Shown: positions 1 to 8,697 of the stretch, one piece after another
Layout: every line of letters begins with the position of its first letter
Numbering within the stretch: the stretch's first letter is position 1
Assembly (NCBI GenBank): GCA_028716845.1
Contig: JAQUPF010000004.1
Location: 128,730-192,729, forward strand
Direction: 5' to 3'
Origin: a bacterium
GTDB lineage: Bacteria > Auribacterota > Tritonobacteria > UBA1439
DNA: 64,000 nucleotides
Notes under the pieces: model-generated
What the model was told of the DNA's origin: nothing
Databases searched by the model: none
Seen by the model: only the letters and a program-made list of their open reading frames with translations
Made by a program: the position numbers and the translations under genes

Positions 1-156
1 GACATCCGTCTCGACGCCGCGGGGACGCCGTACGTCCTCGAGGTCAACCCGAACCCCTGCATCTCGCCCGACTCCGGGATGGCCCGCTCGGCGGCGGCCG
101 CCGGGATGGGCTACGCCGCGCTCATCGCGCGGATCGCCGATCTCGCCACCGCCTGA
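1..156 (+). CDS. 3' end of an ATP-grasp family protein (partial)
   Basis: Frame 1 translates to ...[51 protein letters not shown]. EVNxxPG is typical of the ATP-grasp C-terminus, as in D-Ala-D-Ala ligase or RimK-like proteins. It runs off the 5' end of the window. Confidence 0.4.
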   Translation, partial: DIRLDAAGTPYVLEVNPNPCISPDSGMARSAAAAGMGYAALIARIADLATA

Positions 157-177
157 CCCGCATGAAGAACTCCGAAC

Positions 178-265
178 CACGGATCTTCACGGATCATTGA
201 CGGATATCCACGGATTCCACTTCAAGATAATCAGTGGAGATCCGTAATGATCCGTGCGAATCCGT
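178..265. promoter_or_regulatory. Phased array of CACGGAT heptamers (4 direct plus 3 inverted) upstream of aroA
   Basis: CACGGAT(C/T) occurs at 178, 188, 199 and 209. The inverted form ATCCGT(A/G) occurs at 239, 249 and 259. Spacing is 10-11 bp in an AT-richer tract directly 5' of aroA. Confidence 0.35.
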
Positions 266-378
266 GGTGAATTGGTTCTTCTTTCCTTCGGCTTTCAACC
301 TTGAACTTTCGACTTTGAACTGTGGTACTCGCCACTTCCCGGGGGCTGTGCTATAGTGCCCTTCCGGAGGGAGGCCGG

Positions 379-1647
379 ATGCATCTCGTCGTGCAGCCGT
401 CGAAGCTCGGGGGCGAGGTCGTCATCCCCCCGTCGAAGTCGCACACCATCCGCGCGGTCCTCATCGCGGCGCTCGCCGGGGGGCGGTCGCGCGTCATCGC
501 GCCGCTCGACTCCTCCGACACGCGGGCGGCCCTCGCCGCCGCCCGGGCCTTCGGCGCGGACGTCGAGGAGGCCGGGGACTGGCGCATCGCGGGCGTCGGC
601 GGGAGGCCCCGTCCGCCGAAGGACGTCGTCGACGTCGCGAACTCCGGCACGACGCTCCTCCTCGGCATGGGCCTCGCCGCCCTCTGCGACGGCGCGGCGG
701 TCTTCACCGGCGACGCCCAGACCCGGCGACGCCCGGTCCAGCCGCTCCTCGACGCCTACCGGGCGCTCGGCGCCGACGGCTTCACGACCCGCGGGAACGG
801 CTGCGCCCCCCTCGTCCTCAGGGGCGTCATGCGCGGCGGCCGCGCCGGGATCCGGGCGGTCACGTCGCAGTACCTCTCGAGCCTCCTCATCTCCGCCCCG
901 CTCGCCCGCGGTGACGCCGAGATCGAGGTCCCCCTCCTCAACGAGGTCCCGTACGTCGAGATGACGCTCGCCTGGCTCGACTCCCTCGGCGTCCGCTACG
1001 GCCGCGAGGGCTGGAGCCGCTTCCGCGTCCCGGGCGGGCAGGCGTACCCCGCGTTCGAGCGGCGGATTCCCGGCGACTTCTCCTCGGCGACGTTCTTCCT
1101 GTGCGCCGCCGCCCTCACCGGCTCCGCCCTCGTCCTGCGCGGCCTCGACATGGAGGACGTCCAGGGCGACCGGGCGGTCGTCGGGATGCTCCGCTCCCTC
1201 GGGGCGGCGATCGAGACGTCCCCGGACGGCCTCCGGGCGGAGGGCGGCGCGCTCCGCGGCGCCGAGCTCGACCTGAACGCGACGCCGGACGCCCTCCCTG
1301 CCCTCGCCGCCGCCGCCTGCTTCGCCGAGGGGGAAACCCGGCTCGTCAACGTCCCGCAGGCCCGCGAGAAGGAGACCGACCGGATCGCCGTCATGGCGAC
1401 GGAACTGCGGAAGATGGGCGGCCGGGTGGAGGAGCTCCCCGACGGCCTCGTCGTCACCGGCGGCGTCCTCCGCGGCGCCGCCGTGAGCGGCCACCACGAC
1501 CACCGGGTGGTGATGGCGCTCGCCGCTGCCGGCCTCGCGGCGCGCGGCCGGACCGTCATCGACACGGCGGAGGCGGTCGCCGTGACGTTCCCCGACTTCG
1601 TCGAGAAGATGGCCGCCTGCGGCGCCGACATGCGGATCGAGGCGTGA
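379..1647 (+). CDS. aroA: 3-phosphoshikimate 1-carboxyvinyltransferase (EPSP synthase)
   Basis: The full-length protein has EPSPS hallmarks: LGNSGTT-like ANSGTTLLLGMG, the RPV motif, and a KETDRIAVMATELRKMG C-terminal region. The start is MHLVVQPS, preceded by GGAGGGAGG. Confidence 0.9.
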   Translation: MHLVVQPSKLGGEVVIPPSKSHTIRAVLIAALAGGRSRVIAPLDSSDTRAALAAARAFGADVEEAGDWRIAGVGGRPRPPKDVVDVANSGTTLLLGMGLAALCDGAAVFTGDAQTRRRPVQPLLDAYRALGADGFTTRGNGCAPLVLRGVMRGGRAGIRAVTSQYLSSLLISAPLARGDAEIEVPLLNEVPYVEMTLAWLDSLGVRYGREGWSRFRVPGGQAYPAFERRIPGDFSSATFFLCAAALTGSALVLRGLDMEDVQGDRAVVGMLRSLGAAIETSPDGLRAEGGALRGAELDLNATPDALPALAAAACFAEGETRLVNVPQAREKETDRIAVMATELRKMGGRVEELPDGLVVTGGVLRGAAVSGHHDHRVVMALAAAGLAARGRTVIDTAEAVAVTFPDFVEKMAACGADMRIEA

Positions 1648-1670
1648 GCGGCGGCCGCCCGGGCGGAACC

Positions 1671-2519
1671 ATGGAAGAGTACGCGGTGATCGGCTGGCCG
1701 CTCGGCCACACGATGTCGCCCGCCGTCCACAACGCCTCCTTCGCCGCCCTCGGCCTCGCCTGCCGCCTCGGCGCCGTCCCGCTCCCGCCCGACCGCTTCG
1801 ACACGTTCATGGAGGCGCTCCCGCGCGCCGGCCTGCGGGGCGTGGCGGTCACCATCCCCTACAAGGAGCGCGTCCTCCCCCGCTGCGCCTCGCTCGACGA
1901 CGTGGCGGCGGCGGTCGGCGCGGCGAACACCCTCCTCGTCGAGCCGGGGGGCGCCGTGCGGGGCTTCAACACGGACGGCCCTGCCGCGACGGAGGCGCTC
2001 CGGGCGGCGGGGGCGGAGGTGCGGGGGGCGCGCGTGCTCGTCCTCGGGGCGGGGGGTGCGGCGAGGGCCGTCTGCCTCCAGCTCCTCCGGGAGGGGGCGG
2101 CCGCGCTCGCAATCGCGAACAGGACGGCCGCCCGCGCGGCGCGGCTCGCGGCCGACCTCGGGCGCGCGTGCGGGGTCGAGGCGGAGGCGATGCCGCTCGG
2201 CGGGGACCGGCTCGCGGCCGCCGCCGCGGCGGCCGACATCGTCGTCAACACGACCGCCGTGGGGATGTGCCCGCGCGTCGACGAGACGCCGCTCCCGGCA
2301 TCGGCGATCCGGCGCGGGGCCGTCGTGATGGATATCGTCTACAACCCCGTCGAGACCCGCCTCCTCCGGGAGGCGCGCGGGCGGGGGGCGCGGGCGGTGC
2401 CGGGGACGGAGATGCTCATCCTCCAGGCGGCGGCGCAGGAGGGGATCTGGCTGGGGGCGACGGCGGACCTCGACGCGATGCGGCGGGCGCTCACGTGCGC
2501 GCTCGGGCGATCTCCCTGA
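1671..2519 (+). CDS. aroE: Shikimate dehydrogenase
   Basis: MEEYAVIGWPLGHTMSPAVHNASF matches the shikimate DH N-terminal substrate motif (SxSPxxHN). The NADP site is VLVLGAGGAARAV. It follows aroA after a 23-bp gap. Confidence 0.85.
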   Translation: MEEYAVIGWPLGHTMSPAVHNASFAALGLACRLGAVPLPPDRFDTFMEALPRAGLRGVAVTIPYKERVLPRCASLDDVAAAVGAANTLLVEPGGAVRGFNTDGPAATEALRAAGAEVRGARVLVLGAGGAARAVCLQLLREGAAALAIANRTAARAARLAADLGRACGVEAEAMPLGGDRLAAAAAAADIVVNTTAVGMCPRVDETPLPASAIRRGAVVMDIVYNPVETRLLREARGRGARAVPGTEMLILQAAAQEGIWLGATADLDAMRRALTCALGRSP

Positions 2520-3606
2520 GGCGCCGGTCGCAGACCTCGATGAGGGCGCGCGCGGTCTTCGCCCGCCGCGCGAACGCCTTCGTCCAGCGGCGGCGGTGGG
2601 CGGCGTGGAGCCGCCGGAGGAACGCGTCGTCCACCCCCTGCCAGAGGGCGGCCTTCGCCTTCCTGAACGCCTCGAACGGGAGCCGGTACTCCTCCTCCGG
2701 CCACCGCTCGCGGAGCGCCCGCTCGAGCGTCCAGCCCGACTCGCCGAGGTGCCGGAGCTCCCGCCAGTACGACTCGAGCTTGTCCATGTACTCCCCGACG
2801 TCGAACGCCCGCGTCCCGGCGTCGTAGATGACGCAGCGCTCGAGCGGGTGCGCGACGGACTCGTACTGCGACAGCTCGAACTCCGGCGCGAGGAGGCACG
2901 GGCTCCGCATGAGGTCCGTGCCCTGGTGCTTGATCCGGACGGCGGTCTTGGAGTCGGCGAGGTGGAACTTCCCCTCGAAGTAGACCGCCACGGTCCGCTC
3001 GTAGCCGGGGAAGATCGCCCGGAGGGCGGCGTGGTACTGCCGGAGGAGCTTCTCGAGCTTGTGGCAGCCGATCGTGAAGAAGCAGATCTGGCGGATCGGC
3101 GTCCCGCTGTTCTTCGCCAGGTTGATGACGATGTCCATCCCGTTGCTGATCGTCACGCCCGTGGCGATGACGTCGGCGAAGAAGAGCGTCGCGTGCGGCG
3201 GGATGATGATCTTCCGGTACTGGTTCTCCGTGATGAACCAGCGGCCGTACTTGTCCCGCTCGCGCTGCGAGGTGATGAACGACGACGACTGGACGTTGAA
3301 GCCGTACGCCCGCGCGAGCGCCCGCCGCATGCCGAAGTTGAGGCTCCCGCGGAGGAAGTGGATGACGCCGACGGTGCGCGGGTCGAGCCGCCGGAGCGTC
3401 GAGGCGGGCGGAAAATGGAGGAGGGCCGAGGTGATCGCCGCCTCGAGCATGTCGGTGTACCGGACCCCGGTGATCTCCGGGCGGTTGCAGATCTCGCGGG
3501 TCTCCGGCGTCGAGGCGATGTAGCGGACGAGGCTGTCGCCGTACTCCCCCTTCAGCTCGTAGACCGCCGCCCGCCGGTGCCGGCGCGCGAGCCTGATGTA
3601 TTCCAT
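2491..3606 (-). CDS. Hypothetical protein with a phosphoribosyltransferase-like motif
   Basis: The ORF is trimmed to the MEYIRLARRH start. It contains IIIPPHATLFFADVIATGVTISNG, which resembles a type-I PRTase PRPP loop. It ends 8 bp before the next gene on the same strand (operon). Confidence 0.5.
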   Translation of the reverse strand: MEYIRLARRHRRAAVYELKGEYGDSLVRYIASTPETREICNRPEITGVRYTDMLEAAITSALLHFPPASTLRRLDPRTVGVIHFLRGSLNFGMRRALARAYGFNVQSSSFITSQRERDKYGRWFITENQYRKIIIPPHATLFFADVIATGVTISNGMDIVINLAKNSGTPIRQICFFTIGCHKLEKLLRQYHAALRAIFPGYERTVAVYFEGKFHLADSKTAVRIKHQGTDLMRSPCLLAPEFELSQYESVAHPLERCVIYDAGTRAFDVGEYMDKLESYWRELRHLGESGWTLERALRERWPEEEYRLPFEAFRKAKAALWQGVDDAFLRRLHAAHRRRWTKAFARRAKTARALIEVCDRRLREIARART

Positions 3607-3614
3607 CGCCCCCC

Positions 3615-4636
3615 CTAGCCGCCCGGCGCGATCTCCACCTCGCCCGGCGTCGTCGCGAGGAGCGCCTCGCGCGCCCCCGCCGCGTCCTCGATGCGGACGA
3701 GCCGCCCCCCGAACGAGAGGCGCATCCCGCGGTAGTACTCGCCGCGCCGCGATCCGTCGTAGATGACGAGCTCCATCGGCGGGCGCGGCTCGCCGTCGAG
3801 CGTCACGCCCTCGACCGTGAGGACGACCGGCAGGTACGGTGTGTGCCGGTCGTCGGCGACCGTGCACGCCCCCGTCACGGGTCCTCGGACGACCTCCATG
3901 CGGAAGTCGCGGAGCGGGATCTCGTCCTCGCGGGCGTACTTGAAGAACGGGCAGATGACCGTCCCCAGGTGCTTGAACCGGAGCGGCCACGCCTTGCCGA
4001 GCTCGACGACCTCCCGGTCGGGCTCCCGCCGCTTCAGCGACCGGATCCGCTCGATGAGGGCGGCGTTCTCGCGCACCGTCCCGAAGAAGATGCAGTCGAC
4101 GTCCTCCTCCTCCTCCTCGTAGTAGCCGTAGGCGAGCGAGCCGGTGCAGCCGATCCGCTCCCGCGGCACCTCGAGGAGTTCCTCGACGGAGGCAATCACC
4201 TCGGCGAGCCGCGGCGTCGACTCGACGAGCAGGTCGAGCGACCGCATGCTGTCGAAGAATCCCGCCATCTCGTCGAGGAGGAAGTGGCAGAAGTTCTCCG
4301 CGTACGGGGGGCGGGGCGGGCGCGACCGGAGCTCGGGGAGGATCTCCATCTGCCGCTCCACCTGCTCGGCGTAGGGGATGATCTCGAGGCGCCCGTCCGT
4401 GAAGCGGCGGTGCGTCCAGTTGAACTTCCGGCCGAAGATGTCGATGTGGCCGTTCGGGTCCGGGTACTTGATGAGGGCCCCGTACAGCCCCCCGGGCGGA
4501 TGGGCGTATCCCTCGCTGAAGACGAGGCCCCCCTTCCGGTGGAGGAGGTAGATCGCGTCCGTGGGGCCCCCGGCGAGCCGGTCCATCGGCTGGAGGAATC
4601 TCGCCATCATCCCGTCGAAACGGTCCGCCATCTCGC
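3615..4636 (-). CDS. Hypothetical Pol-beta-superfamily nucleotidyltransferase-like protein
   Basis: The start is MADRFDGMMARF. The motif GCTGSLAYGYYEEEEEDVDCIFFG fits the hG[GS]-x(9-13)-DhD NTase signature. The longer upstream extension (KKKKKKEKN) is read through a T/C simple repeat and was rejected. Confidence 0.5.
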
Positions 4637-4725
4637 TCCCCTCACGGCTTTCCCATCGGCCGGCGAGAGGATAGCACAGCCCCCCGCCCCCCGGCAAGCG
4701 CGTCCGCGGCGTTGCGGCCCCGTGA

Positions 4726-4754
4726 TTTTTTTCTTTTTTCTTTTTCTTTTTTCT
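4726..4754. repeat. Simple sequence repeat (T6-7C)x4
   Basis: The tract tttttttcttttttctttttcttttttc lies in a divergent promoter region between the NTase-like gene and the GloVer gene. It is a unique homopolymeric tract in a high-GC context. Confidence 0.7.
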
Positions 4755-4830
4755 ATGTACAGGTCGCCGCGGCTTTGCGACATTGAGCCCCGGGTGCGGG
4801 CCCGCGAACCTCATCAAAGGAGGGGTGCGC

Positions 4831-6486
4831 ATGAAGATGTTCGGTGTGTTGCTGTGCGCGGTCGCGCTCTGCGCGGCGGGCGCGCACGCGCAGGATGGCT
4901 ATTCCGTTCTCCACCATTTCGGCGATCCGCTTGTTCCCACCGACGGACAGTTTCCGATCTCCACGCTCGTCTCGGACGGGAGCGCCCTCTACGGGACGAC
5001 GTTCCTCGGCGGGGCCAACTACCCCGCGTACTACGGCGGGACCGTTTTCTCGATCGCCCCTGACGGCTCGAACTACACGACCCTCCACGACTTCGGCGCC
5101 TCCGCCACCGACGGCGAGATCCCCAGGAGCGGCGTCCTCCTCGACGGCGGCAAGCTCTACGGCACCACCCGCTCCGGCGGCGCCAACAACCTTGGGACAG
5201 TCTACTCGATGAACCCCGACGGCTCGGGCTACACGATCCTCCACAGCTTCGGCGGGCCCCCGGGCGACGGCGAGGACCCCTGGGGCGGCCTCATCTCCGA
5301 CGGGTCAACGCTGTACGGGATGACGCTCTTCGGCGGGGCCAACGACTCGGGCGTCGTCTTCTCCGTCGCCAAGAACGGGACGAACTACACGATCCTCCAC
5401 AACTTCGGCGGCGTCGCCAATGACGGAGAGAACCCGTTCGGCGCCCTCTTTTCCGACGGGACGAAGCTCTACGGGACGACCTCCTACGGCGGCACGGAGT
5501 ACTACGGCACGGTCTTCTCGATGAACCCCGACGGGACGGCGTACAACATCCTCCATCATTTCGAGGGGTTCGCCAGCCTCCCCTATGACGGGCGGTTCCC
5601 CGTCGCGAGCCTCGTCTCCGACGGGACGAAGCTCTACGGGATGACCTACTTCGGCGGCAAGTACCAGACGGCCGAGGCGGGCTACAACTACACTCCGATC
5701 GGTGTCTCCTACCTGTACGGCGGCTACGGTCTGGGGACCGTCTACACGATGAACCCGGACGGGAGCGACTACAGCGTCATCCACAACTTCGGCGGCGTCT
5801 ACCGCGACGGCGTCTCGCCCTCCGGTGACCTGCTCCTCCACGACGGGACGCTCTACGGCATGACGACCTGGTCGCTCGCCACGAGCGCGACCGCCGCCGG
5901 CACCATCTTCTCCATCCAGCCGGACGGGAGCGACTACACGAAGCTCCACGCCTTCGCCCCCGTCTCGACCGGGAGCGGCACCTTCGCGATGGCGGACGGC
6001 GCGATGCCGATGGGGAGCCTCTCCTCCGACGGGACCGCCCTCTACGGCACGGCGAGCACGACCGGCAAGTACGGCTACGGCGTCATCTTCTCGCAGGCGC
6101 TGCCGCCCGTCCCCTGCGTCCGGGTCGAGGTGAGCAGCGAGACGCCGAAGGGCGGCGACATCCTCACCGTCGACGTCACCATCGATCCGATCGCCCAGCC
6201 GTTCGACGCGTGGGGGGTCGTCATTTCCCAGGACGGGCTGATCTTCTCGTTCGACCTGTTCGACCCCTCCGGGCTCCATGTCGGCGCGCGGCCGCTCATC
6301 ACCGGCGTGCCGTCCCTGCCGATCCAGGTGAGCACGCGTCTCTACCAGACGCAGCTCTTCCTCCCGGCGGCGCTCGGGACGTGGGAGATCATCGTCGGCC
6401 TCGTGCCCGCGGGCACGCACCCGCTCGGCACGGGCGACGCGATCCCCTGCTACCTCGACCAGGTCACGGTCACGGTCACGCCGTAA
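4831..6486 (+). CDS. Secreted GloVer (Gloeo_Verruco)-type tandem-repeat protein, beta-propeller-like
   Basis: It has the signal peptide MKMFGVLLCAVALCAAGAHA. It carries about 8 tandem ~48-aa repeats of the form LYGTTxxGGxxxxGTVFSxxPDGSxYTxLHxF. The long N-terminal extension from 4783 was not used. Confidence 0.8.
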   Translation: MKMFGVLLCAVALCAAGAHAQDGYSVLHHFGDPLVPTDGQFPISTLVSDGSALYGTTFLGGANYPAYYGGTVFSIAPDGSNYTTLHDFGASATDGEIPRSGVLLDGGKLYGTTRSGGANNLGTVYSMNPDGSGYTILHSFGGPPGDGEDPWGGLISDGSTLYGMTLFGGANDSGVVFSVAKNGTNYTILHNFGGVANDGENPFGALFSDGTKLYGTTSYGGTEYYGTVFSMNPDGTAYNILHHFEGFASLPYDGRFPVASLVSDGTKLYGMTYFGGKYQTAEAGYNYTPIGVSYLYGGYGLGTVYTMNPDGSDYSVIHNFGGVYRDGVSPSGDLLLHDGTLYGMTTWSLATSATAAGTIFSIQPDGSDYTKLHAFAPVSTGSGTFAMADGAMPMGSLSSDGTALYGTASTTGKYGYGVIFSQALPPVPCVRVEVSSETPKGGDILTVDVTIDPIAQPFDAWGVVISQDGLIFSFDLFDPSGLHVGARPLITGVPSLPIQVSTRLYQTQLFLPAALGTWEIIVGLVPAGTHPLGTGDAIPCYLDQVTVTVTP

Positions 6487-6498
6487 CCGGCCCGGCAA

Positions 6499-6539
6499 CA
6501 AGAAAAAAGAGGCGGTCGAAAAGACCGCCTCTTTTTCTT
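6499..6539. terminator. Bidirectional rho-independent terminator
   Basis: AAGAAAAAAGAGGCGGTC-gaaaa-GACCGCCTCTTTTTCTT is a perfect GC stem with A/T runs on both sides. It sits between two convergent genes. Confidence 0.8.
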
Positions 6540-6577
6540 GTCCGTTTCTAGAGGAGCCGGTGGAAGATCCTCAGTTA

Positions 6578-8644
6578 TTAGTGCGGGTCTGACCCCACGG
6601 CAAATTCCTTCAACCCCTCGGGGACGCGGCCGGCGCGCATGAGGGCGATGCCGAGGTGCCGCCGGGCCGCCGCGTGGTCCGGCCGCAGCCGGACCGCCTC
6701 GCCGAACTCCTTCGCCGCCTCCTCGTTCCTCCCCTTCGAGAGAAGGATGAGCCCCGCGTTGAACCGGCCCTCGAAGAAGTCCGGCTTCGCCTCGATCGAT
6801 TTCCGGAACGACGCGAGCGCCTCGTCCGTCCTGCCGAGGGCGAGGAGGGCGTTGCCGAGGTTGTTGTGCGGGTCGCACTGGCGGTCGTCGATCGAGATCG
6901 ACTCGCGGAACACCCCCGCCGCCTCCTCGAGCCGTCCGGCACCGAGGAGCGCGAGCCCCAGGTTGTTGAGGCCGTCGGTCCGCCTTGGCTCGAGGGCGAG
7001 CGACGCCCGGAGCTCCTCGGCCGCCCGGTCGAAGCGGCCGAGCTTCACGAGGGTCTTCCCGAGGTTGTAGTGGCTCCTGAAGTCCCCGGGCGACCTCCTC
7101 GCCATCTCCTCGAACTCCGGCAGCGCCTCTTCGAACCGCCCGCCCTCGTAGAGATGCCTCGCGAGCCGATAGCGGAAGGCATAGCTCTCCGGGCTCTCCG
7201 CGACGAGCCCCCTGAGGATCGACTCGCCCTCCTCGACCCTCCCCGCCTGCAGCTCGTTGACGGCCTTGATGAAGTCGCTGCGCATCCAGACTGCGTCCTT
7301 CGGGTCGCGGAGGGCCTGCCGCTCGTCGCCCGCGCCGGCCCCGCCGCCGCCCAGGTAGCCGAGGCTCTCGAGGATCCTGCGGGAGGCGTCGTCCATGGCG
7401 ACCTCGGCCGCCTCCGTCTTCACCATGGCCGCCTCGAGCCGCTCGAGCGCCGCCCGCAGCTCGCGCGCCTTCTCCGGGCGCTCGCCGGCGAGGTTCCGCT
7501 CCTCCCCCGGATCGGCCCCCCACTCGTAGAGCTCCTCGCGGGGGGCGTCGATGAACTTCCACCCGTCCGTCGTGATGCTCTGCAGCGGGCTCCAGCCGTA
7601 CTCGGTGAGCGGGAACTCCGTCTCCGAGTAGAACGGCCGCGGCGGCGGCGAGCCCCCCGCGAGCGCGTCGGCGAAGCTGGCCCCGCTCACGCGGCCGGGG
7701 AGCGGCCATCCGAGGAGGTCGAGGACGGTCGGGAAGATGTCCACCGTCGAGACGAGCGCCGGCGACTCCGCGCCCCCCTCGACGCGCCCCGGCGCCGAGA
7801 CGATGAGCGGCACGCGCATGACGCCGTTGTAGAGGAGGAGGCCGTGCTCGTCCTCGCCGTGCTCGCCGAGCGATTCGCCGTGGTCGCCCACGACGACGAC
7901 GATCGTCTTCTCAAGGAGGCCCCGCTCCCTCAGGAAGGCGACGAGCCGCGCGATCTGGCCGTCCATGAAGGCGATCTCGGCGTCGTACGGCCTCCCCCTG
8001 AACCGCGCCTCCCGCATGAACGGCTGCAGGAGGTAGTAGGGGTGGTGCGGGTCGAAGAAGTGGACCCAGCAGAAGAACGGCCGCGCGTGGTGCCCGGCGA
8101 GCCACTCGAGGGCCGCCCCGGCGACCCTGTCCGCGGGGCGGTACCGGTACATGATGTTCTCGTCGATCTGCTCCGGGTTCGGCACCTCGAACTGGTCGTA
8201 TGTCCCGAAGCCGCGGCTCACGCCGAACTTCGCGTCGAGGACGAACGCCGCGATGAAGGCGGCCGTCTCGTAGCCCCGCGACGAGAACGTCTCGGCGAGC
8301 GTCGGCAGCCCCTCCGGGAGGCCGTGGGCGCCGTTGACGCGGCAGCCGTGCTCGGGCGGATAGAGGCCGGTCATGATGGTGGCGTGCGAGGGGAGCGTGA
8401 GCGGCACGTTGCAGAAGGCACGCGTGAACAGGACGCCCGAGCGGGCGAGGCCGTCGAGGGCGGGCGTCTCCGCGTCGCGGCGGCCGTAGCATCCCAGCCG
8501 GTCGGCCCGCGTCGTGTCGAGCGTGATGAGGAGGACGTTCGGCCGGTCCCCGGCGCCCCCCCTCCGCAGGAGGAATACGATGACCGCCGCGGCGGCCACT
8601 GCCGCGAGAACCGGCGCGATCCGTTTCGCCCTCACGGCGCCCAT
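6578..8644 (-). CDS. Sulfatase (alkaline-phosphatase superfamily) fused to C-terminal TPR repeats, with a membrane anchor or signal
   Basis: LLITLDTTRADRLGCYG carries the sulfatase C/S-x-P-x-R-like active-site context. HFFDPHHPY and GDHGE motifs are present. The C-terminal approximately 250 aa are TPR. The start was chosen at MGAVRAKRIAPVLAAVAAAAVIVFLL. Confidence 0.8.
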   Translation of the reverse strand: MGAVRAKRIAPVLAAVAAAAVIVFLLRRGGAGDRPNVLLITLDTTRADRLGCYGRRDAETPALDGLARSGVLFTRAFCNVPLTLPSHATIMTGLYPPEHGCRVNGAHGLPEGLPTLAETFSSRGYETAAFIAAFVLDAKFGVSRGFGTYDQFEVPNPEQIDENIMYRYRPADRVAGAALEWLAGHHARPFFCWVHFFDPHHPYYLLQPFMREARFRGRPYDAEIAFMDGQIARLVAFLRERGLLEKTIVVVVGDHGESLGEHGEDEHGLLLYNGVMRVPLIVSAPGRVEGGAESPALVSTVDIFPTVLDLLGWPLPGRVSGASFADALAGGSPPPRPFYSETEFPLTEYGWSPLQSITTDGWKFIDAPREELYEWGADPGEERNLAGERPEKARELRAALERLEAAMVKTEAAEVAMDDASRRILESLGYLGGGGAGAGDERQALRDPKDAVWMRSDFIKAVNELQAGRVEEGESILRGLVAESPESYAFRYRLARHLYEGGRFEEALPEFEEMARRSPGDFRSHYNLGKTLVKLGRFDRAAEELRASLALEPRRTDGLNNLGLALLGAGRLEEAAGVFRESISIDDRQCDPHNNLGNALLALGRTDEALASFRKSIEAKPDFFEGRFNAGLILLSKGRNEEAAKEFGEAVRLRPDHAAARRHLGIALMRAGRVPEGLKEFAVGSDPH

Positions 8645-8697
8645 TCTAGCAGACGGTTGCCCGCCGAGGGAGCGGAAACCCTCCACCTTCTGTTCGG

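Noticed and set aside
1101-2519. A long 472-aa ORF apparently fusing an Arg/Pro-rich N-terminus to AroE.
   Set aside because: The upstream 190 codons are an out-of-frame read-through of the aroA 3' region. AroE homology starts at MEEYAVIGW (1671).
4637-4832. An N-terminal extension of the NTase-like gene including KKKKKKEKN.
   Set aside because: The extension is translated from the (T6C)4 simple repeat and a GC-rich spacer. The homology-like region and a plausible start begin at MADRFDG (4636).
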